A DNA stretch of 64,000 nt from the human T2T-CHM13v2.0 reference genome, Homo sapiens. Below the pieces are notes generated by a model. It was not told where the DNA came from. It did not search any database and worked only from the letters and a program-made list of their open reading frames with translations. Positions 49,046 to 62,149 of the stretch are shown here, in pieces. Both the position numbers and the translations under genes were made by a program. The DNA is taken from NCBI RefSeq assembly GCF_009914755.1, contig NC_060932.1. One strand, given 5' to 3'. Each line of letters begins with the position of its first letter. Position 1 is the first letter of the stretch.

Positions 49046-52000
49046 AATGGAAAGAAAAGAGGTAAAATGATGGGTTTTGGCTTGAGCAACTGGAAGGATA
49101 AATTTGCCATCAGCCAAAATGGAGAAGGCGGCAGACAAAGCACATTTTGGGGGTGAAGATCAGCATTTCCAAAATATTTCAACTCATACTACATACACAA
49201 TCAGCTGCTTGTTCCACAACTAAAAAGGGAGGGGAGAATTACATTCTTGTAAATGTATGTGGATTATGGCAAAAATAATTCTGAGAGCTACTGCTCTCAT
49301 AAGAAATTCATATATATTCAGAAAACAGTTATTCAGTTTCCTGAATAAAAGCTTAAATTGTTTAAATGAATGGGAAGTTTAAAAATTGCATTTCATATTT
49401 GTCAGGACCCACCCCCGCCCCTTTGTCTTTTTGCAAATTTACCTTTAGCACACAGTTTCGGCACTGAAGAGGAAAAACTCTTTGAAAATCTATAAAAGCT
49501 TTCTGAACCTTTAAATAGGCAGAGACGACTCTTAGGGGATGAGTCTAAGTAAACACTTAGCTCATTATGTAAATTTGATGTGTGGGTGCCAAAGTCATTA
49601 TAATATTTCAGTTGAAAGTTACTGAATGTTCATAGCTTTGAATCATTTTCAGAGAGTTTCATCTTTCTTTGAACACCTTGTCAATATTTCCAATGTCCTA
49701 GGGATTATTTGACTGTACAGACTAAAATCTATTCAAAATGACATAAACAAAGGAAAGGCTCTACTGGAGCATCTCCCAAAATGCCAGGGAGGGGAGAGAA
49801 GCTGGGCTTCATGAAGACCAGTAACTGGAAACAGGGCCCAAGGCAGCTGCCCTCTCCAGCCCCATCTCTTGGGTTCCCAGGGCTCTTGTCTCTGCATCTG
49901 ATTTGCCTTGTGTTTTTGCTTCATTTTCCCCTCCCAGATGGGCAGTTGCCCCTCTTCTGCCTGCTCATGCTGCCTCCCCATCCTCCAGTGGCGCCCTTAG
50001 CCTCAGAGTTTATATCACTCTAGGAAGCCAGGGCTGACGGCTCAGGAATCTATTCTCTCCAGAACCTGAATTCACATCTTTGCAAGAGGGAATCTGATTG
50101 GCCCAGCGTCTGAAATTGTTTACTTATGGTCTAATCAGCTGTGTCAGGGGGGCATGGTCATGTTCATTCATTAGAAAAATGTTTACTGAGAGCCTACTGT
50201 GAGCCTCTTGCTCTTATAGGTTATATGGATATTGCAGAGTAAAGTCCCCACTCTCAGTGGAGCTTAAAATCCACTGGTGTTGAGGAAAAGTGTCTGTTTT
50301 CCACCCTGTGTATATGTGTATGGAACGGGCTGGTGTTAGAGCAGGGTGGACAGACATCCTAAAAAGATAATATTCTATTTTGAAATCTGCCAAAATAAGA
50401 GATGTCATATCTCTCTGGGCTAGGCTATACTTTCATTTTTTTTAAATTGCAATTGCAATAAAGAGATTCACTCTCCCTTTATGCCTTATCAGAAGCGGAG
50501 AGATCTGCTGCTTAGAAGGTGAGATTCTTCGTTTGTTCACCCATTCCTGCCCCAGGGCTGACATAGAGCTTTTTGTGATAGGAGCAGGTACAGGGAAGGG
50601 GGAGTGGGGTGTGTGCTCCAGTCCACAGTCAAACCTCTATTCAGCTAACCAGCTGGATGTTCTACCAAATTATAATAACAATAAGGGCTGACCTTTCTGG
50701 AGGGTTTACAATGTTGCTTTGCAGTGGTCTATGATAATGTGTATTATCTTACTTAATCCTTACAACCCCATGGAAAAGGTCCGCATTTTACAGATGAAGA
50801 AATTAAGCAGAAAGATTAAGTGACTTGCCCAAGATCTCTCAGTTAGCAAACGATGAGCCAGGATTTGAACCTAGAGTCAGTGGAACAGTCACTAAATTAC
50901 AAGATCTCCAAGGCACCCTGGAGATGGCGATGGTTGAAGCTTCTAACTACTGCTAGTATCTTTCCTAGACAGAAACTAAAAGTTCATGGAGATGTCCAGT
51001 TATTCTTTTCATCCACCTTATTTGGGATGCAAAGTGACAAGTACTCTGATTTATAGAACTCTGTACCTTAAATGAATAAGCAGGCAAGCTTTTTAACCAA
51101 AAAACCCTTAAGCAGAGGACTTGTGGGAGTTACAAGTTCTCCTCCCTCAAGACTCACAACTTACCTTTTTGAAAAGACCATAGCAACCTTTAGAGTACCT
51201 GTCTTCAGTGTCTTGCCCAAACTTGTTCAGCAAGCAAGTGGTGAAAGGAAGACACCACCTAAAGCCCGTGGCCTTAACCACTAAAATACGCAACTCAAAG
51301 GCACTTGTGATGGTAGGTAATTCTAAGAGACTCCAAGGTAATTGTGGTCTGTTGATCCCATCTGCTATCTCTAGTTGAAAGAAAACCTTTGATGTTGTAT
51401 TGGGGTGTGCGTGGCAGGATCCAAAGCTCCTTATAGTGGATTTTCCTAAAAATCTCCACTAAAATCTTTCAAGTCCAACCCTTATAAAGCCTTCTGTGAA
51501 TTCTCATCCCCTAAAGCAGAGTTGATCATTCCTTCCTACCTCCCACAATGTCCTTTGAATATATTTCCATTAAATTATGCAATTATCTCATTACAATACT
51601 TTTATTTTTTGAATTTATGACCTGTGAGCTTTTGGAGGTCAGAAGTTTCTGCTGTTCTGTGCGCTGCTGAATCCCCATTGCCTAAGCGCTGTCCCCAGCA
51701 TGTGGCAAACACAGATTAATGCTTGTTGAAGAAAGACCAGAAAGAAAGAAAAAAGGAAGAAAGACAAAGTGATAACCAACTTCTGTGGCTATTTTCAAAA
51801 TCTTTACAACTATTAGTTTTCTTATTTCTAGAACTAAAACTCTTTAAAGTGTCTAGATGTCTTTCACATTATCAAAGAAGGAATCTGATGTCTTTGTGGT
51901 ATCTGTTTATGACCTTGTTCTGAGCCCAAATCCAATTATTCTTGGGTAATCTTGATTACATTGCAAACTTTCAAATTCTCTCTCATCACACACACACACA

Positions 52001-53043
52001 TACACACACCACAACACACAACATGTGACAATCATTCTATTAATAGTTTATATATCTTATCATGCTGTATCTACCATTTACTCAGAAGTCAAATTAAATC
52101 TCAGGTGGGATTAGTCTGTCATTTGTTTTGCCCATAAAACACATAGTTAGCAGAAGTGAAGTTTATTCAGCTAATTAAAAGCTTACAAATTGAATTTACT
52201 TTCAAAGATATTACTCTTATTATAAACAAATCTATGTGCTTTAGGAATGTACCATTATCTTAGTTATAATTTGAGTTTAGGTTGAAAACAGAATGGGCTA
52301 GGTTTAGGGTGGCTGGGATCTGAAATAGGAGCAACCAGAGACTTACAGCTGATGAAGAATGGGAATTGCAGTAGTCAGGACACTTATGGTTGCAAATGAC
52401 AGAAAATTGGCTTTTACCAATTAATTATTGGGCCACATAATAACCTAAAAGTCCTGGGATAGCATTAGCTTCAGTCTCAGCTGGATCTAGGTGTTTGATT
52501 TCATTCAGACCACTCTCCAAATCCATTTTTCATTTCTGCTTTGCTTTGCTCTGGTTTTACCCTCAGGTACATGTTTCCCATCTGGTAGCCTCCCAGAGGC
52601 TGTAGTTTCAAGATGCAGAAAAGAGTTCATTTCTCATTTCTCTCTTTCTTCTCTCAGTATATCCCAAGAATGTACACATTCTGCACCAATTATGGAGGAC
52701 AACAGTATGTGATTGATGCTCTGATTGGCTAGCTCTGGACCACATGACCAACTCTGCTCTGGTGGTAGAGCTAATTCCACTTAAACCACATCAACAGAGA
52801 ATGGGTAAGATGTGTTTCCTCAAGGGAGACTGTAACACTATTAGAAGGAGGAGTGAAAGTTGGCGTGTAAGAAGCAAATGATCACTACTGATATGTGGGC
52901 ATTTGAGGTGAATTAAATTTTTACTTGGATTATTTTATGTTTTCATACTCATCAGAGTTTGTATAAACTATGGTAAAACTTACTGTCAGCTCTCAGCATG
53001 CTTAACTGGTCTTTTACTGTCATCATCATATGAAGACAATATC

Positions 53044-53408
53044 TGTTATGGTCTGAATGTTTGTGTCCCCTTCAAATTCACATGTTGAAACCTAACCATC
53101 ATTGTGCTGGTATTAGGAGGTGAGACCAGTGGGAAGTGATTAGGTCACGAGGGCAGAACCCTCATGAATGGGACTAGTACCCTTGTAAAAAAGGCCCCAG
53201 AGAGCTGCCTTGCCCCTTCTAGCATGCAAGGACACAGTGAGAAGACGCCATCTATAAACTAGGAAGCAAGCCCTCACCAGACACCAAATCTGTGGGCATC
53301 TTGATCTTGCACTTTGCAGCCTCCAGAACTGTGAGAAATAAATTTCTGTTGTTTGGAAGCCACCCAGTTTATGATATTTTTAAATGGCAAGCCAAATGGA
53401 CTAAGACA
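53044..53408 (+). mobile_element. MaLR solo LTR (MLT1A/MST-like)
   Basis: TGTTATGGTCTGAATGTTTGTGTCCCC...CAGCCTCCAGAACTGTGAGAAATAAA...GGACTAAGACA. Confidence 0.85.
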
Positions 53409-53566
53409 ATACCCAACATCCAAATAAAGAACTTTATAATTTATCTTCATTTGCTGCTGCTCATCCCTCTTATTTCTTTCATCTGACTTTGGTCTCCAGG
53501 TGCAATGAACAGAAAATGGGCATAAATTGAGGTATCCTATGACAAATGCATTTGCTTTTTCTATAG

Positions 53567-53923
<357 letters not shown>

Positions 53924-54378
53924 TCTTAAGACTACCTTAGAAAGTAGATTGCAAAAAAACTTTAAACATGTATGTATTTAAAAATTTAATAACAAAACCC
54001 CCCAAATTCTGTCATGATCTTGATCATTAGAAAGATTTATGTAATTGGAGAATTTCAGAAATATCTTGGTGGCAGAACTAGATGCCTTTTGAGGTTCAAT
54101 TTAATTCTAACATCCCGTTAAAATTTAATGTACAATATGTAGAGAAGGACAGCAACTACACACTGTACACCCTAAGACTGATTTTTAAAAAAGCAACATC
54201 AACTTCAACATCCAAGTATCCTATACTTTACACAGTGCCTGGTATGTAATAGTTGCTTAATGTTTGCTGAATGACAGTGTGATCAAAGGAGTGTTGTTAC
54301 ATCTGTCACTCTGAGGTCCTTCTGGTGATGTTGCCATATCTTATAACATCAACAAATGTTTTCTTAAAAATGAAATTT

Positions 54379-54656
54379 TCAGGTGCATTGGCTCACACCT
54401 GTAATCCCAACATTTTGGGAGGCTGAAGTGGGAGAATTGCTTGAGGCCAAGAGTTCGACACCAGCCTGAGCAACACAGTGAGACACCATCTCTACCAAAA
54501 AAATTAAAAAATTAGCTAGTCATGGTGGTGTGTGCCTTTAGTCCTAGCTATTCCCAGGAGTTTGAGGTTGCAGGGAGTATGATTGTGCCACTGCACTCCA
54601 GCCTGGGTGGCAGAGCAAGACTCGGTCTCTATTTTTAAAAAAAGAAAGAAAGAAAA
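54379..54656 (+). mobile_element. AluJ-like with an internal deletion
   Basis: Diverged Alu. Confidence 0.8.
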
Positions 54657-54869
54657 ATTTGCCTTCACTGCCAGTTCTACATTGTGGAGGATACTTTGTT
54701 TTGGCCCCTAGAGGGAGCGCTAGCCTCCTCTATAAATCTCATCCTCAGCACTCTCCTCCAGGGTTTTCTTACGCTACATTAAAAGAGAATTGAGAAGAAA
54801 CTGTTAAGGTCAAAAACGTTTCATGGGCATGTTTGTAGGAGCGTGGATCAATCCAGTGAGTGTGGATCA

Positions 54870-55520
54870 CTGAAATCAATATGTTGAATGGATATCTGTG
54901 CTCTCACGTTCATTACAACATTCTTCAGAATCCCAAATATACAATCAACCTGTGTTCATCAACAGAGATGGATGAAGAAAATGTGGTATATATGAACAAT
55001 AGAATACTATTCCACCTAAACAGGGAGAAATTCTGTCATTTGTGATAACGTGGATAAATCTGGAGGACATTATGCTAAGTGAAATAAGCCAGGTACAGAA
55101 AGACAAATACCTCATGACCTCACTTATATGTGGAATCTAAAAAAGTCAAACTCACAAAAGTAGAAACTAGAATGCTGATTACCAGAGGCTAGGGAGGTGG
55201 AGAAGGAGGAAATTGGGAGATGTTGATCACAAAATACAAAGTTTGAACAAAAAAAAAAAAAAGAAAAAATACAAAATTTCGACAGACAGGAGGAATAGGT
55301 TTTGAGATCTATTGCACTATTGATTATAGTCAATAATAATGTATTCTATATTTCAAAATAACTGAGTAAATTTCAAATGTATCACCATAAAAATGATAGG
55401 TAAGTGAGGTGATGGATATGTTATTTGGCATGATTTATCATTCCACAAAATGTACATATATTGAAACATCGCATTGTATCCCATAACTGTATGTAATTAT
55501 GATATGTCAATGAAAAATAA
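54870..55520 (+). mobile_element. L1MA-type 3' end
   Basis: GGAGGACATTATGCTAAGTGAAATAAGCCAGG...GAGGTGATGGATATGTT. Confidence 0.8.
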
Positions 55521-56967
55521 TATTACTAATAAAAATTTTAATTTTCAGTTGAAAATTAATTAATTAAAAAATAGCACAATGATCAAAATATATTGGTTCT
55601 TATTTTCTCTGTATCACAGATGAGAAAACTAAGGCTCAGACAGCTCAAATGTTTGCCCACATTTAAACCAATAACAAGTGACAGAGCTGGGGCTTGAACT
55701 GAAATCTTTAAATCTAAGTAATTTGGGGGGTCTGGGTAAGGGACAGGGATGGAATCGCTATGACAGGATGAGACTAAAATATTTAGATGTCATCTACAGT
55801 GAGATTTGTACCTTCACTCTGGCGATTCACCATCCTTTGAGAAGGAATTTGACTTTTGGAAACAGCCTAAATAAATTTATAATCAATTCTGGAGAATAAA
55901 GTGTTTTGGGGAAAAATGAAACAGCAAGTCAAAATAATATTTCTTGTTCTCTTGTGTGCTTTTGAAACTTGTTCTGAAGATAATTTCAAATTTGGAAGGA
56001 ATTTTATGCAGTGTCAGCATTATTGAAAAATGCACTCTTTCCCGAGGTACTACTTTGAAAGATAACATTCGCTTGGTGTTTGCTCATATATGTGTGTCTG
56101 TATTCATTTCCTGAACACCTACATGTGCTGGGATTCAGTGATGAATAAGATACAGTCTTCCCTCATGAAGTTTGTGATCCACTTGGGGAGGCAGGTAGGT
56201 AAATAGTGACTTTTATTATGTAGAGATTAGTGGTATAATAAAACTCCTTCCAGCCGTAAAATCACTGGATTGTATAATATGTAACATCAGTCTAAATTCT
56301 TTTTTTTTTGACACCAGGCAAGATAAACTATAGATGGGTAAATAAATACATTTATTTACATATAGTTTTCAAAGAGTCATTCTGCCTGAGAGCTTTGGGA
56401 AAAGCTTGACAGGGAGGTGACATTTGATCTAGGGCTCAAGGTAATTTTATAAAAATGTGCACCAGAGACAAAGAGGTATTCAATAAATATTTCTTAAATG
56501 AACCAACGACATAAGGAAGCACCAGTTTTTCTTGAGATCTGTATATATAGTGTTGTGCCTGTCTAAAAGCTGACCGTCCTATTTAAAATATGTCCATTCT
56601 GGTAGAAAAAGCCCTTTTGAAGTCGTCTTATATAGTTGGCAGAGTTGGCTAACTGAATGAATAAAAAATGTAACATAACCAAATATAGGCCAAATAAATT
56701 TATGTTGCTCAACACTAAAGCTTTGACAGGTACAATCAATGTGCAGCAGCCTGATTTCTTGTCTCAGCTGTTTCATTAAACCAGCCCTGAGATCTTCCTA
56801 GCATTAGGCCACAGCTTTCAGGGTCTTTATTCTTTCCTAGGTTGCATATTCTGTATTTGCTCAAGATTAACTGTCTTTCAGTGTTATGTTTCTGAATATA
56901 TTTAGGCACTCCCTTGTGAAGTCACAAGGATGGGAACAAAGCAAGAGCTGGACCCCACTTTTCCTCG

Positions 56968-57268
56968 TTTTTTTTTTTTTTTTTTTTTGACAGGCTCTTG
57001 CTATGTCACCCATACTGGAGTCCAATGGTGCAGTCATGGCTCACTGCAACCTTGAGCTCCTGGTCTCAAAGTGATCCTCCTATCTCAGTCTCCCCAGTAG
57101 CTGGGACTACAGGCACACACTGCCATGCTTGGCTTTTTTTTTTTTTTTTTTCAGAGATGGTATCTCGCTGTGTCACTTGGGCTGGTCTCCAACTCCAGGG
57201 CTTAAGTGATCCTCTTGCCTTGGCCTCCCAAAGTGCTGGGATTACAGGTGGGAGCCACCAAACTGAAC
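56968..57268 (-). mobile_element. AluJ-like
   Basis: Reverse Alu; ACTTTTCCTC flanking repeat. Confidence 0.85.
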
Positions 57269-57494
57269 CTACTTTTCCTCCTTCCCACCAGTGATGTGCG
57301 GGCATCACTACAGTAGGCAGAACTGCTCTGCTGTGGCCAGCTCTGCAGTTCCAGGGGGGCCAGTGTTTCTCCAGAGTGGTGCATGGACCCCTGCCTCAGC
57401 GTTACTTGGACCATTGCTTGCTTAACATGCAGATTCCTGGGCCCCACTTAAACCAATAAAATAGAAACCTTTGTAGATGAGACCTATAATGTAT

Positions 57495-57987
57495 CTTTAT
57501 TTTTCATAGGTTTTTGGGGAACAGGTGGTATTTCGTTACATGAGTATGTTCTTTAGTGGTGATTTGTGAGATTTTGGTGTACCCATCACCTAAGCAGTGT
57601 ACACACAACCCAATTTGAAGCCTTTTATCCCTCACCCCCTTCCCACCCTTTCCCCCAGTGTCCCCAAAGTCCGTCGTATCATTCTTATGCCTTTGCATCC
57701 TCATAGCTTAGCTCCCACTTATGAATGAGAACATATGAGGTTTGGTTTTCCATTCCTGAGTTACTTCACTTAGAATAATAGTCTCCAATCCCATCCAGGT
57801 TTCTGGGAATGCCATTAATTCATTCCTTTTTATGGCTGAGTAATATTCCATCACATACACACTACAGTTTCTTTATCCACTTGTTGGTTGATGGGCATTT
57901 TGGGCTTGTTCTATATTTTTGCAATTGCGATTGTGCTGCTATAAACATGCGTGTGCAAGTATTTTTTTGTATAATGACTTCTTTCCT
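57495..57987 (-). mobile_element. L1PB-type 3' end inserted in a MER5A-like MITE (~57360-58050)
   Basis: GGGGAACAGGTGGTATTT...GTGAGATTTTGGTG.ACCCATCACC; AATGTATCTTTA duplicated at both ends. Confidence 0.8.
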
Positions 57988-58663
57988 AAAATGTATCTTT
58001 AACAAACACCAGGTGACTATGATTCTTGCATACCCTGAAGTTAAAAATCTGTGAAGAGAGAAAAAACAAAGGAGATTCTTACTTTTTTTCTGTGGTTTCT
58101 AGTTTTCTTGGGAAATGACTGATTATATGTAGTCCCCTCCTAGGGACCACCCTGGACTTCAGCCTTCTTCTCACGTAACAATCCACTGGCGCGATTATTA
58201 TTAACTTGTTTACTAATGACAAGTTGGAGTACAAGGGACTGAGTGCTCTCAAAATTCACATGTAGCTCTAGGCCTTTACAACTGGAGAGTCTAATTTGAG
58301 GGGTGTTAAGCGATAATTCTGAATGACTTGCCTGCAGAGGAAGAGGTACAGAGGACATGGCTGAAATCCTGAGGGCCAAAGATAGTGGCACCTCCAATGC
58401 GTGAGGGAGACCACGCTGCCAGCTCTTGAGAGATGGTATTTTTGCTTGTTTTGAAGCTTTTCTCTCTCTTTCTTTTTTTTTTTTTTTTTTTGGCATAAAA
58501 AGTATTACATATTTATAGGAAAAATTAAAACACAGAAATGTGAATTGGAAAATGAAAGTCAATGGCTTAAATACCCTCAATAGAGGAGTGGTTAAATGAA
58601 ATGGGGCACATCTGTCTTTTATAGAATTCTATATAGCCATTAAAAAGATTAGATACACGTATT

Positions 58664-58960
58664 GACCAGGCGCGGTGGCTCATGCTTGTAATCTCAGCTC
58701 TTTGGGAGGCCAAGGCGGGCGGAATACCTGAGGTCAGGAGTTTGAGACCAGCCTGGCCAACATGGTGAAACCCCATCTCTACTAAAACTACAAAAATTAG
58801 CTGGGCATGGTGGTGGGCGCCTGTAATCCCAGCTACTCAGGAGGCTGAGGCAGGGAGAATTGCTTGAACCCGCGAGTTGGAGGTTGCAGTGAGCTGAGAT
58901 GGCACCACTGCACTCCAGCCTGGGGGACAGAGGAAGACTCTGCCTCAAAAAAAAAAAAAA
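58664..58960 (+). mobile_element. AluS
   Basis: TSD AGATACA(C/T)GTAT. Confidence 0.9.
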
Positions 58961-59248
58961 GATACATGTATGACTACAGGAAGAGCTTTACCAAGGAAGG
59001 TAAATAAACAAGAGGCAGAACATACTATAGTATGATCTCATGTATGTTTAAAACAAGAAGATGCATGTGAATATATGTATATATATGTATATAAAGTATA
59101 GAAATGTATATAGCAAATAGAAGGAAAAATTGCTCACCAAACTGTTGACAATGGAGTGGAAAATGAGATGAATTAATATGGGACTTTCATGTTTTGTTCC
59201 ATTTGCTTCTTTTTCTAAACAATTATTTTTCTATAGAAATGTATTTTA

Positions 59249-59310
59249 TCTTTTTTTTCCTGCTCCTTGTCGAGCAGAGCTACCCCATAGGCCGTGTGCC
59301 CAGAGTAGCT
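59249..59310 (-). mobile_element. Short (~52 nt + A tail) retroposed LTR-derived hairpin sequence
   Basis: The - strand reads AGCTACTCTGGGCACACGGCCTATGGGGTAGCTCTGCTCGACAAGGAGCAGG-A8; imperfect TSD GAAATGTATTTTA / GAAACGTAGTTTTA. Confidence 0.6.
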
Positions 59311-59352
59311 GGAAACGTAGTTTTAAAAGACATGCAATTTTTTAATTTTTCA

Positions 59353-59647
59353 ATTTTTTTTTTTTGAGACAGAGTCTCGCTCTGTCGCCCAGGCTGGAGT
59401 GCAGTGTCAAAATATCCGCTCACTGCAAGCTCTGCCTCCCGGGTTCATGCCATTCTCCTGCCTCAGTCTCCTGAGTAGCTGGGACTACAGGCGCATGCCA
59501 CCACGCCTGGCTAATTTTTTGTATGTTTTAGTAGAGACGGGTTTTCACCGTGTTAGCCAGGATGGTCTAGATTTCCTGACCGCGTGATCCTCCCACCTCA
59601 GCCTCCCAAAGTGCTGGGATTACAGGCGTGAGCCACCACGCCCGGCC
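59353..59647 (-). mobile_element. AluY
   Basis: Reverse Alu; AAGACATG flanking repeat. Confidence 0.9.
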
Positions 59648-59738
59648 AAGACATGTATTTTAAAAAAAAAAAAAGCTACAGTTTTTTCTTAACTGAAAGT
59701 TCCATGTGGGAGACTATCTTGAAGGCTGTATCTTTTGC

Positions 59739-60017
59739 TTTTTTTTTTTTTTGAGAAAGGGTCTCTGTCACCCAGGCTGGAGTGCAGTAGCGTGATCACA
59801 GCTCACACCAGCCTCAACTTCCTGGGGTGTTTCCCCCACCTCAGCCTCCCAGGTAGCTGGAACTATAGGCATGCACCACCGCGTAATTTTTTGTATTTTT
59901 TATAGAAACGGGGCTTTGTTATGTTGCCCAGGTTGGTCTTGAACCCGTGGCACAACCATTCTCCCACCTTGGCCTCCCGAAGTGCTAGGATTACATGCAT
60001 GAGCCACCGTGCCTGGC
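59739..60017 (-). mobile_element. AluJ-like
   Basis: Diverged reverse Alu; AAGGCTG flanking repeat. Confidence 0.8.
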
Positions 60018-60844
60018 CAAGGCTGCATCTCCACCTTTGAAGGGAATGCCCAGGGAAGGAGCCTAGCTAGGTGGAAATGAAGAGCTGGAATACACGTGTT
60101 CATTCACTCACTCCATAAAAATTTCTTTGCCAGACACTGGATTAGGTAATGGAGATCAGTGGTATCCAAGACACCATCCCTGCACTATTACAGGATCCTG
60201 GGGGAGACCAGTGAATAAAAACACAATGGAAACAGTTTGATAGGTGTTAGTATTCGGATATATAGGAGGTATTAGGGACTTGGATTTGGGGATGCAGGCA
60301 ACATTTCTGGAATAAGTGACATAAACTGAACCCTGAAGGATGTGCAAGAGTTAGGAAATGAGAATGAGAAACAGTTCTGGTTTAATAAGGGTACAGTAAG
60401 GGTGATGGCTCAGTGGGGGTGGGCAAGCAAGCTGAGCTGTTTCCCTCCTCTTAGAGAGAAATACTTGGGCTGTGCCTTTCTGGAGGCAAGACAAAGTCTG
60501 TTTGTCACATGGAATATCTAGGTGAGAGCCAGGAAAGGGAGAAATGGCTTGGGATTTTATTTGCTCTTAATCTTCTCCTGTCTCAAAATGCAGACCAGGA
60601 AGGTTGGTTTCCCAAGACACACTTGTAGTTTGTCCACTAATCCTGGACAGTATTTAAAACATGTTGACCTGTTTGCCAACACTTAAACATTGTGGGATTT
60701 TACATAAAAATACAGATTTTCAGCCTTTTTTGAAATACTTGATAATTGGGCCTCAACAGTCTTTTACAAAGGGCAGGAACTTGCCAGTTTGTTCCCTCCA
60801 TGTTTGTCTCACTTATTGGTTTCACTTAAGTTTTTGTTTTTGTT

Positions 60845-60984
60845 TTTTAACAGCAAGTTTTATTGAAGTGACAGTATACAGCAGTAGCACAGGTACTGTT
60901 CCTTGCAGAGCAGGGCCATGCCATAGGCACTGGACCCAAAATAGCAGCCCAGAGGCAGTTCGGCAGTGGTATTTATACCCACTT
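60845..60984 (-). mobile_element. LTR fragment (LTR40-like), cut by the adjacent L1
   Basis: The - strand has TATAAATA, then GCTGCTATTTTGGGTCC...CCTATGGCATGGCCCTGCTCTGCAAGGAACAG, then AATAAA. Confidence 0.45.
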
Positions 60985-61915
60985 TATTTTATTTTGTTTT
61001 TTTAAGTTCCAGGGTACGTGTGCAGGATGTGCAGGTTTGTTACATAGGTAAATGTGTGCCATGGTGGTTTTCTGCACCTATCAACCCATCACCTAGGTAT
61101 TAAGACCAGCATGCATTAGCTCTTTTCCCTAATGCTCTTCTCCTCCACTGCACTCCCAAAACAGGCCCCAGTGTATGTGGTTCCCGTCCCTGTGTCCATG
61201 TGTTCTTATTGTCCAGCTCCCACTTATAAGTGAGAACATGCGGTGTTTGGTTTTCTGTTCCTGCATTAATTTGCTGAGGATAATGGCTCAACCTTGCAGT
61301 GGCTGGTACTGGTTGTTCCTTTCCTGGAACAACTGGAAGCTTCATCCATGTCTCTGCAAAGTACATGATCTTGTTCCTTTTTATGGCTGCATAGTTTTCC
61401 ATGGTGTATATGTACCACATTTTCTTTATCCAGTCTATCATTGATGGGCATTTGGGTTGGTTCCATGTCTTTGCTATTATGAATAATGCTGCAATGAACA
61501 TACGTGTGCATGTATCTTTATAGCAGAATGATTTGTGTTCCTTTGGGTATATACCCAGAAATGAGATTGCTGGGTCAAATGGTATTTCTGGTTCTAAATC
61601 TTTGAGCAATTGTCACATTGTCTTCCACAATGGCTCAACTACTTTACATCCCAAGCAATAGTGTAAAAGCGTTCCTATTTCTCCGCAACCTTGCCAGCAC
61701 CTGTTGTTTCTTGACTTTTTAATAATCACCATTCTGACTGGCTTGAGATGGTATCTCATTGTGGTTTTGATTTTCATTTCTCTATCAGAGATATTGAGCT
61801 TTTATTTCATATGTTTGTTGGCCGCATGCATCTCTTTTTTTGAGACGTGCCTGTTCATATCCTTTGCCTACTTTTTAATGGGGTTGTTAGTTTTTTTAAC
61901 TGTAAATTTGGCTTA
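60985..61915 (-). mobile_element. L1PA-type 3' end (ORF2 C-terminus and 3'UTR)
   Basis: ORF track: LKDLEPEIPFDPAISFLGIYPK...CTRMFIAALF..AKTWNQPKCPSMIDWIKKMW. Confidence 0.9.
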
Positions 61916-62149
61916 GAGTTTTTAACCTCTTCTATAGTGGTTGTATCTTCCCTTGGCTTCTTTCGGAAATCCTGAGGAAGACTGGCAATCCTTCACTTGG
62001 CAGAGAACTAGAAGCTTTCATGGTACCCCAGTGGTGGTGGATATATGACCCAGCAGGTGTGGCAGACAGCAATCTTAATGTCCAAAAAGCAGTCATGGAA
62101 CTGTCACTGAAAAGACTTCAATGACGATATCTATCAACAGTGGTGCTTT

